This document shows positions 11,036 through 18,254 of a stretch of 18,254 bases of DNA, piece after piece. The stretch is from Octopus sinensis (Eukaryota). The position numbers and the translations under genes are program-made. Within the stretch, counting starts at the first letter, position 1; each line of letters begins with the position of its first letter. The stretch is from contig NW_021824987.1 of NCBI RefSeq assembly GCF_006345805.1, positions 1 through 18,254 on the forward strand, written 5' to 3'. The notes under the pieces are model-generated. The model saw nothing but the letters and a program-made list of their open reading frames with translations, was not told where the DNA came from and made no database searches.

Positions 11036-11268
11036 AATGGAGGGAAGTGAGTAAAGATTGTTCGAGCACCCTCTACACAGAGCCTAACAAAAGCAACTCT
11101 CATGACACTTTCAGGCTGGGTTCCTGAGCATGACCGACGGAACTATGGATATTATTCAACCATGTCGTTCTTTGTCTACTCCAAGGTTTCCTGCTTGTTG
11201 GCTCGGTTTGAAGAAACTGTTTTGCGATTCTTTCCTGCAACATTCTAGTACCGAATGTTCTTAGTACC

Positions 11269-11490
11269 TATTGCTTTACTACCCACAAGGGGCTAAACAG
11301 AGAGGGAACAAACAAGGACAGACAAACGGATTAAGTCGATTATATCGACCCCAGTGCGTAACCGGTACTTAATTTATCGACCCCGAAAAGATGAAAAGCA
11401 AAGTCGACCTCGCGGAATTTGAACTCAGAACGTAGCGGCAGACGAAATACTGCTAAGCATTTCACCCGGCGTGCTAACGTTTCTGCCAGC
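11269..11490 (-). mobile_element. SINE family A
   Basis: Reverse complement of the family A consensus from gctggcagaaacg to aaagcaata. Confidence 0.9.
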
Positions 11491-11936
11491 GAAGCTTTGA
11501 CATCTCAATGCAGAGATGCAACAGTTCGACCTGGAGTGACTCCGTGTTTACTATACACACTGTTGAGAATTGCTACTTCACAAACTCTTTGGAGAAATCT
11601 CATTTCGGATGATTGCTTTCGCGATCGTGCTCTTTCAGTAATTACCCCAAATTCATGATCAAAGCAGAGGGAAGGCACGTAAAACGAACTGAAGATAATG
11701 TATTTGGCTTTTGTTTTACAAACATCTCAGAGGATCAAATTCTGGATTTGTGCATTTCTATGCCATCATCTTCGATTCTAGCAAGCAATTTAGCTTCATG
11801 TTTCCTCTCACTCATGAATATGACTCAGAGATCCTTAGTCATCTCCCCTTCACGATACTCTACTAACATGCACAGTGCACTGGGAAGAGTTTTTTCAGAG
11901 AACCAATTGTACTCAGTCTTCACAATATTAATACCT

Positions 11937-12167
11937 ATTTCTTTACTACCCACAAGGAGTTAAACACAGAGGGGACAAACAAGGACAGACAAAGGGATTA
12001 AGTCGATTATATCGACCCCAGTGCGTAACTGGTACTTAATTTATCGACCCCTAAAGGATAAAAGGCAAAGTCGACCTCGACGGAATTTGAACTCAGAACG
12101 TAACGGCAGACGAAATACCGCTAAGCATTTCGCCCGGCATACTAACGTTTCTGCCAGCTCGCCGCCT
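11937..12167 (-). mobile_element. SINE family A, full length, with 11-bp target-site duplication
   Basis: Flanked by tattaatacct at 11926-11936 and 12168-12178. Confidence 0.92.
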
Positions 12168-12252
12168 TATTAATACCTGTTCCCGTATCACAGCACTCAG
12201 CTGCGAAACCATTCAGTGCATGATAGAGATCACATTCTAATGTTTATTCAAC

Positions 12253-12663
12253 AGGCGCAGGAGTGGCTATGTGGTAAGTAGCTTGCTAACCAACCACATG
12301 GTTCCGGGTTCAGTCCCACTGCGTGGCATCTTGAGCAAGTGTCTTCTGCTATAGCCCCGGGCCGACCAATGCCTTGTGAGTGGATTTGGTAGACGGAAAC
12401 TGAAAGAAGCTAGTCGTATATATGTATATATATATAAATGTGTGTGTATATGTTTGTGTGTCTGTGTTTGTCCCCCTAGCATTGCTTGACAACCTATGGT
12501 GGCGTGTTTACGTCCCCGTCACCTAGCGGTTCGGCAAAAGAGACCGATAGAATAAGTACTGGGCTCACAAAGAATAAGTCCCGGGTTCGATTTGCTAGAC
12601 TAAAGGCGGTGTTCCAGCATGGCCGCAGTCAAATGACTGAAGCAAGTAAAAGAGTAAAGAGAG
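12253..12663 (+). mobile_element. tRNA-derived SINE family B, full length, with an internal TA/TG microsatellite
   Basis: A-box-like tggctatgtgg, B-box-like ggttcagtccc, then ttgagcaagtgtctt (CORE-SINE-like, from memory), an internal microsatellite at about 12416-12470 and an aaagag-type tail. Several partial copies occur in the window. Confidence 0.85.
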
Positions 12664-13355
12664 AATACATTCCAGGTAAAACATTCCTGGGTTAATACTT
12701 GCCAGGGTCACCAAATATTCCTGAGGAAAATAAATCAATATAATTCTTCTAAATGCTCAAGATATACAGTTTAGGTATTTCATAATTTGTGTCTCGAATT
12801 GTCACATACATTACGTGAAAATGGCTCACAGTAGGCTTTATATCCGATTATAAGTTTTATTCACATTTTTATCGAACAGTAATCCCAACAGTGTGTTGAA
12901 GTTTTAATTAAAATTTCAGCTGTTAATTGAATATTTTTTTCTGTTTGATATATAATTTGATTTATACTTAGACTGACTGAAAACGCAAATCGGAAAACTC
13001 CGCTTGTCTCCTACACCAGACACGCATACACAGACACACGCAGACAAAACCCGATGTCTAATGCACATTACTAATTTTGTTCCTCGTTCTTTACTCGATA
13101 TCCCTTGATGACACATTAATAACATTTTAGCTAAGAGAAACGTTGCTTTGCTCGCAGAAAGATATCTGCAGGGAATTAAGAAGGTTTGATATAGGATGAG
13201 AGAATAGTTTCAAAGATTACGTGACGTTAGCATTGGAATTCAATGCATAATTATTAGATTTTTGTTGCTCTATAGAGCAAGCGGTGGAGAGACAAACACA
13301 AACACATAAACGCGCACAAATACAAGCACAGGTAATTGTAAAGAGATATGAAGGG

Positions 13356-13514
13356 CTTTCACACAGTTTCCGTCTATCATACTCATTCACAAGGTATTGG
13401 TCAGCCTAGGGCCATAGAAGAAGACTTATGCCCAATGTGTCACACAGTGGACTTGAACATGAAATTACATGGTCACGAACCGAGTTTCTTAACCACAAAC
13501 TCATAACTGTACCT
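13356..13514 (-). mobile_element. SINE family B 5' half
   Basis: cagtttccgtcta...cacaaggtattggtcagcc...cagtggacttgaac...ttaaccac is the reverse complement of about 12255-12405. Confidence 0.7.
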
Positions 13515-13667
13515 ATCTGTTCGTGTACATTTATATACTCACACGTCCAGACCTCTCCTACGCACTAATAGCTGGTCATTCAACCCTATTATCAACCCTA
13601 TTATCTCCCCTTATTTCGCTCTCGCGTCTCATGTTTGATCTTTGACCTCTGGCCGAAATCAGATCGC

Positions 13668-13881
13668 CATGTTGATTCGTTAGTTACTGCACGCATTTTT
13701 TTTCAATCCTTCTTTCTGTGTTTTTTTTCTCTCTGTGTATCTTTCTGTTGAAGAGCGTAGGCTCGAAACGTTAAAGACTTGTTTTATTTATATTTCCTGA
13801 GCGCCATACTAATACAATGGTTTGTTTGTTTTCCACCTGCCTTCGTCTTTTGTCTATTTTCATAAAGCTTCCCGTTATATA
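13668..13881 (+). mobile_element. Penelope-like-element pLTR-type repeat carrying a hammerhead-like motif, copy 1
   Basis: Aligns to the reverse complement of 14349-14544, contains ctgttgaagagcgtaggctcgaaacgtt and ends in tata. Confidence 0.6.
13740..13777 (+). ncRNA. Minimal type-I hammerhead ribozyme-like motif (non-canonical core)
   Basis: Stem I tcttt/aaaga, core CUGUUGAA, stem II gagc-gtag-gctc, then GAAA and palindromic ACGU (minimal stem III). Putative cleavage after GUU at 13772. Confidence 0.55.
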
Positions 13882-13906
13882 CTCTGTCACCTTAGCGCTG
13901 AGGTAC

Positions 13907-13936
13907 ACCGGATAGTTGCCCGGTATTTTCACTAGT
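13907..13936 (+). mobile_element. Helitron-like 3' terminus
   Basis: GC-rich hairpin accgg-atagttgc-ccggt followed 7 nt later by CTAG and then T. Confidence 0.5.
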
Positions 13937-14063
13937 CTAGGCGACGGTTCCAAGCTATGTGTGCTGTGGGTTTCTGTCAATAAATAATTACGCATTAATT
14001 TTCCCACGGCCCTAAGGCTAAGGCTCCCTTGTGTATACATACATAATACATACATACATACTT

Positions 14064-14340
14064 GTGAGTTAATGGTTAATGTATTCGGCTCACGACCGTA
14101 AGGTCCTGAGTTCGATTCCCGGCTGTGCACTTTTATCCTTAAGCAAAATATTTTATTTCACGTTGCTCCAGTTCACTGAGCTGGCAAAATTGAGTAGTAC
14201 CTGCATTTCAAAGGGCCAGCCTTGTCACATTCTGTGTCACGCTCAATCTCCCTTAGAACTACATTAAGGCTACACGTTTGTGGTGTATTCCGTTACTTGT
14301 ACGTTAATTTCACGAGCAGAGTGTTTCGTAACCGACGGAG
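14064..14340 (+). mobile_element. tRNA-derived SINE, family C
   Basis: tRNA-like head (taatggtta...ggctcacgacc...gagttcgattcccgg, B box) followed by a non-tRNA body tttcacgttgctccagttcactgagctg. Single copy in the window. Confidence 0.6.
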
Positions 14341-14348
14341 TGCCAGGA

Positions 14349-14544
14349 TATATATATATAGGGATAATTTACGAAAAAAACAAAAGACGAAGACAGGTGG
14401 TGTACAAAACAAACAGATGTATTAGTATAACGCTCAGGAATAGAAACAGTTTTTTACGTTTCGAGCCTACGCTCTTCTACAGAAAAGGACACAGAAAAAA
14501 ACAAGGAGAGAAAAAATGTGAGTAGTGGCTAAGGATCTATCATG
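14349..14544 (-). mobile_element. Penelope-like-element pLTR-type repeat carrying a hammerhead-like motif, copy 2 (inverted)
   Basis: The reverse complement reads ...ccttttctgtagaagagcgtaggctcgaaacgtaaaaa...ttcctgagcgttatactaataca...ccacctgtcttcgtcttttg..., matching 13668-13881. Confidence 0.6.
14451..14486 (-). ncRNA. Minimal type-I hammerhead ribozyme-like motif, second copy
   Basis: Minus strand: tttt CUGUAGAA gagc gtag gctc GAAA CGUA aaaa. Confidence 0.55.
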
Positions 14545-14591
14545 TCAACTGTATGGAATGGAAGTTCGTTGTGTGTGTATGTATACACATG

Positions 14592-14636
<45 letters not shown>

Positions 14637-14924
14637 TGTATACACACACACAACGAATTTCCCTCCATCGGATCCACTCACAAACTTTGGTTATCGAATA
14701 GGATATAATCATGTGCATCTCTTCATAAGAGTCGAATGAGAGAAATATGAAAATGTTGGTAGAAAGAAGATCCTCAACCTGCTTTAGCTATATTTTTATG
14801 ACATAAACATATATGAAAATCTAAACAGCAAATGTTTACCTCGTGCTACTTCTACAAAATTTAATCTGAATAATACGAATTTATCTTTTTTGTTATCAGT
14901 ATGTTTGAATTACTTTCCTCTCTC

Positions 14925-14959
14925 TAATACATTCTTTTCTTTTCTTTTTTTAATCTCAG
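14925..14959 (+). promoter_or_regulatory. Polypyrimidine tract and 3' splice acceptor
   Basis: ttcttttcttttctttttttaatctcag immediately before the carboxypeptidase exon. Confidence 0.8.
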
Positions 14960-14972
14960 ATCTGAGTCCAGA

Positions 14973-15195
14973 ATGCGAAACGGAGTGATTTATTACTGCT
15001 TCCGAAATATACTGCCTTCCATGGTGGGGTCTCTATTATCTTTAGTAATAATAGTTTTAGTACAATTTGAACAGACGGCAGCTAGATTGGATTTTAAACA
15101 CCATACAAATGCGGAGTTGCGGAAATATCTTATCAATGTGAATCGAAGGTATCCGGATATTACTCATTTACATTCTATTGGAAACTCTGTTGAGG
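14973..15195 (+). CDS. Probable first coding exon of an M14B (N/E-type) metallocarboxypeptidase, carboxypeptidase M/D-like; exon 14960-15195
   Basis: A hydrophobic signal-like stretch (SLLSLVIIVLV...TAA) is followed by LDFKHHTNAELRKYLINVNRRYPDITHLHSIGNSVEG, matching the M14B N-terminus (LDFxYH...YPxITxLxSIGxSVeGR). Acceptor AG at 14958-14959 and phase-1 donor G|GTAAGA at 15196. The ORF tail beyond 15195 is intronic. CPM versus CPD cannot be resolved from this exon. Confidence 0.88.
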
Positions 15196-15687
15196 GTAAG
15201 AAAAAATTCAATATATACATTTCTTTAATGCATATGATGTTCACACATATACTTACATACATTCATAGACACACTCGCAAACGTATACACACGCTCAACA
15301 CACACTTAAACACACCCAGCACTCACATAAACAATTTCAATATTTAGCAATCTATTTAAATTGCTTTTGAAATATTGCAATCTATTTAATTATCTATTTA
15401 CTATTGTTTTGTCTTCAAGCATATTATACATTATATCGTATTTTAATCTTAACAAAATTTTAAAATTTTTTCGCTAAATCTAAGTCAGGTGTAGCAGAGT
15501 TGTTCCCCTTGACTGATAAAAAATTCGGGGCTCCATGTTTTTCCTCGACAGTGTTCACTCTCACATAATGCAAGTATGCATTAAACTTTCATGAGCAAAT
15601 AAAGTGCGGCATTATTTGAATCCTTTGCACTGCACCTGCTTCTTTTAATATGTACGTACTTTATACATGCATACATATATGCGCGTA

Positions 15688-15712
15688 CACACACACACAC
15701 ACACACACACAC
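15688..15712. repeat. (CA)n microsatellite
   Basis: Directly visible. Confidence 0.9.
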
Positions 15713-15824
15713 GTTTCAGCGGATCATGTAGATCGCGGTCAACTATTTGTTAGAATCTAGAGTACATATGCCTTGTATAGAAGGATTGAAGGAAAAATTA
15801 ATCAACAAAGTTAATTAATCAACA

Positions 15825-16180
15825 TCTCTCTGTTTACAAACGGCAAAATGTCTGTCTGTGTGTCTGTGTGCATGTCCTTTATACAAATCCGCAATTTTTC
15901 AGTTAGAGGGGTCGCACTTTCTATGGTCATTCAAAACCGTCCAAAGGTGGTCGTGCACATCTTTACATTTCCCCAGTTACCCCGCAAAGCCATTAAAAAA
16001 TCAATAGAAGTGACATTTTTGTGAATTTTCTATCCCAAACCCAATCAAAATGCCCGAAACTTGATACGTCAATTGAATGCCAGCTAGCTGTACGTGATTG
16101 GTCGGAGATTTGGACAGTATTCGCGTGTATGTGCGCACGCAGCTGTATATGCATGCACTAGCACTACGACCCGGCAAGAT
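15825..16180 (+). mobile_element. Possible non-autonomous Helitron 5' portion
   Basis: Starts A|TC (atctctctgtttacaaacggcaaaa) followed by a tgtc/tgtg microsatellite, the usual layout of animal non-autonomous Helitron 5' ends. No 3' end found, so the right boundary is a guess. Confidence 0.4.
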
Positions 16181-16575
16181 ACACTTCACCCATTATCATA
16201 ATCACTGGTGTAATTTTGATAAGGTGACAAACGCTAGACAGTTCCAAGTTCAACAGACTCAATAGCAACTTGTACTGAATGCTATTCAATAAATAAATAA
16301 ATGAAGAATAAAAATCGACAAAGTTCAGTACATGTTTTGCAAACATAAAATCTAGAAATTTATAAGTGCCATTTCTTCATAATATACAGGTAATCTACCT
16401 CATCGTCAGGTACATTAGCGTTTAGTATCAAATCAATTTCTGTATTCTGTATTGAACGTTGTGTGTTTTTTTTTCGACTGATTATGTCTATTTCATGAGG
16501 CAAATTTATAAATTTACGGATTTCTGTTCTCGAAACACATGAGATGCTTAACTGCAAAAGACAGTTCTCACGATG

Positions 16576-16606
<31 letters not shown>

Positions 16607-16769
16607 GTGTCCATTAAAACTATAATTATGAATGTTGTGTAATGACCGAAAAATTACGATCGCGAATGCAAGCGGCCGATTTATGCAAATTCTTCGAAGG
16701 TTTGTGGATTAACGCTACTTGACAATGTGCGAAGCTGAACCGCAAAGTTACACCGACCTAAACAAGCCA

Positions 16770-16897
16770 TTTCTACTTGCCATGGATTTGGTTGGCCCCG
16801 GGCCACAATAGAAGACACTTGACCAAGATGCAGCTCAGTGGAATTACACGCGAAACCTGCAGTTACAAATCTGACTTCAAATCCACACACCAATACC
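16770..16897 (-). mobile_element. SINE family B 5' half (decayed)
   Basis: ttggttggccccgggccacaatagaagacacttgaccaagatgc...cagtgg matches the reverse complement of 12315-12372. Confidence 0.7.
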
Positions 16898-17269
16898 AGC
16901 ACCACTTGATAAATTTGTTGGCAATAAACATCACTATTTCCCTAAAAACTTTCATTAATTTATCTTTCCCGTGATTACAAGTAAGGCCTTTAAAGACCCG
17001 ATTATAGAGCAGGACAGAATTCCATGTATTTTTTGATATGCGTGGAATGGGCGGAAAGATGACAAAATTGGTGGAATCAAAGAAATTCGACCATCTTAAA
17101 TCACTCTCCATTCTTTGTGACCACAAGTAACGTCCTCAAAAGTTGGACATTTGTGAAGGATATATTCACATAAGTGTGGCAAGAGACTCGATAGATTTGA
17201 TAGAAACAAACCCGAAATACTCCCCCACAACAATTTACTCTGCATTTTTCCTAGGCACCAGTAAGACTC

Positions 17270-17490
17270 ACATGTTCACGTTTCTCTTAACTCACTCAAC
17301 ATTTTTCCTGGTCCAGTAGGGAGCCTCATATTCATATGTCTCTTTCATAAATGTCGTGCGAATCATTTGACGAATTTGGAGCAAATGGTGTTGGTTTTCT
17401 CTGCAGCAATATGGGTTTCAGTCAAAACAGACACCCCTATCTCCGTGCAAACCCACACATATGGCATCCATCCGTTTAACGTTTCATACA
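17270..17490 (-). mobile_element. Possible decayed LINE AP-endonuclease remnant
   Basis: Minus-strand peptides IGVSVLTETH and ..YWT..KREHV loosely resemble the APE LxET and REHGVG motifs. Weak. Confidence 0.3.
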
Positions 17491-17882
17491 CCGACAACAT
17501 CCTCTCAAATCATATAAGAGCAGAGTATTTTCTTTCTGTACTGTCTTTCTCATTTCCTATTTCTGATGCACAGTTTTCAAATGCAGCAATGACCTACATG
17601 ACGTAAACTACCAGTGTCGCCCACACAGATATCAACCTTTAATTCATCTCTAGACTTAACCATTCGTCATCTATAACATGTAGTTTATGATGTACTCTAG
17701 TATGATTTATAGCGTACAAAAGCATGTGTACTGTTTTTATAAGCATGCGAAGATACAGCTTTATTGAGGAACAGTCAAATGCGACGCAGGGCATAAAATT
17801 TTAAGTTGTAGTTGAGAAAAAGTTAGCAGACATAGAGGACTGGAAGCCATCATAATATTGACCAGCAATTTCAGAGAAGTGG

Positions 17883-18042
17883 TTAAGTCGATCAAATTGA
17901 CCCTAGCGCTTAACTGGTATTCATTTTATCGACCGCGAAAGGATGAAAGTCAAAGTCGATATCGGCGGAATTTGAACTCAGATCATTAAGACAGACGAAA
18001 TAGCGTTAACCATTTCGCCCGGCGTGCTAACGTTTCTATCAG
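17883..18042 (-). mobile_element. SINE family A (diverged, with a different 3' flank)
   Basis: ttaagtcgat...ttatcgaccgcgaaaggatgaaag...ggaatttgaactcaga...tttcgcccggcgtgctaacgtttct. Confidence 0.85.
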
Positions 18043-18254
18043 ACATCAACATAACGACTGCTGCTCAATGCTTTGTGAACACTATAAAGGCTGAGACGTA
18101 ACGTGGAGAGCTGCAACGGAGACTAGAAAGACGTGACCAGCATTGACGGACACAGTAGGCGTTCTGTCCGCATCCACACCTCGCAATAAATCCCCACGTC
18201 TTTGAACAGGACCGTCATTTTAATTCAGATGGCTTATGTGAAGCTATTGGAGAG

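Larger units (their letters stand above)
11110..12240 (-). mobile_element. RTE-clade LINE fragment (Rex3/Expander-like), interrupted by two family A SINEs
   Basis: Minus-strand pieces DLYHALNGFAAECCDTGTG|INIVKTE, DHEFGVITERARSRKQSSEMRFLQRV, ESLQVELLHLCIEMSKLRW and TRMLQERIAKQFLQTEPTSRKPWSRQRTTWLNNI follow the order of the RTE RT-to-C-terminus region. Confidence 0.8.

Noticed and set aside
11613-11963. 116-aa plus-strand ORF as a host gene
   Set aside because: It is the antisense frame of the RTE fragment and has no recognisable domain.
14064-14125. Functional tRNA gene
   Set aside because: The acceptor stem is not recoverable, there is no T-run terminator at the expected place, and it continues into a SINE-like body.
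15196-15347. C-terminal extension of the 124-aa ORF
   Set aside because: It follows a strong GTAAGA donor where similarity to carboxypeptidases stops, and the sequence is low-complexity intron.

Overview
AT-rich, repeat-dense animal genomic DNA. The SINE families and heavy (TA)n/(TACA)n load resemble octopus (coleoid cephalopod) DNA; this is pattern recognition, not a database result. Only one host coding segment is supported: an exon at 14960-15195 (+) encoding a signal peptide and the N-terminus of an M14B (carboxypeptidase M/D-like) metallocarboxypeptidase. The rest is likely intronic or intergenic. It holds at least three tRNA-derived SINE families, decayed RTE and CR1/L2-type LINE fragments, Tc1 and mariner remnants, Helitron-like termini and microsatellites. 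Most ORFs in the supplied track are microsatellite or transposon artefacts. The most interesting signals are: (1) an inverted pair of about 200-bp elements, each carrying a minimal type-I hammerhead-ribozyme-like motif with a non-canonical CUGU core; (2) a SINE present as an exact 184-bp head-to-tail concatemer with self-complementary unit ends; (3) a fold-back mariner derivative; (4) a 1.2-kb tandem duplication differing almost only by 1-2 nt indels. All coordinates were read by eye, so transposon boundaries are approximate.
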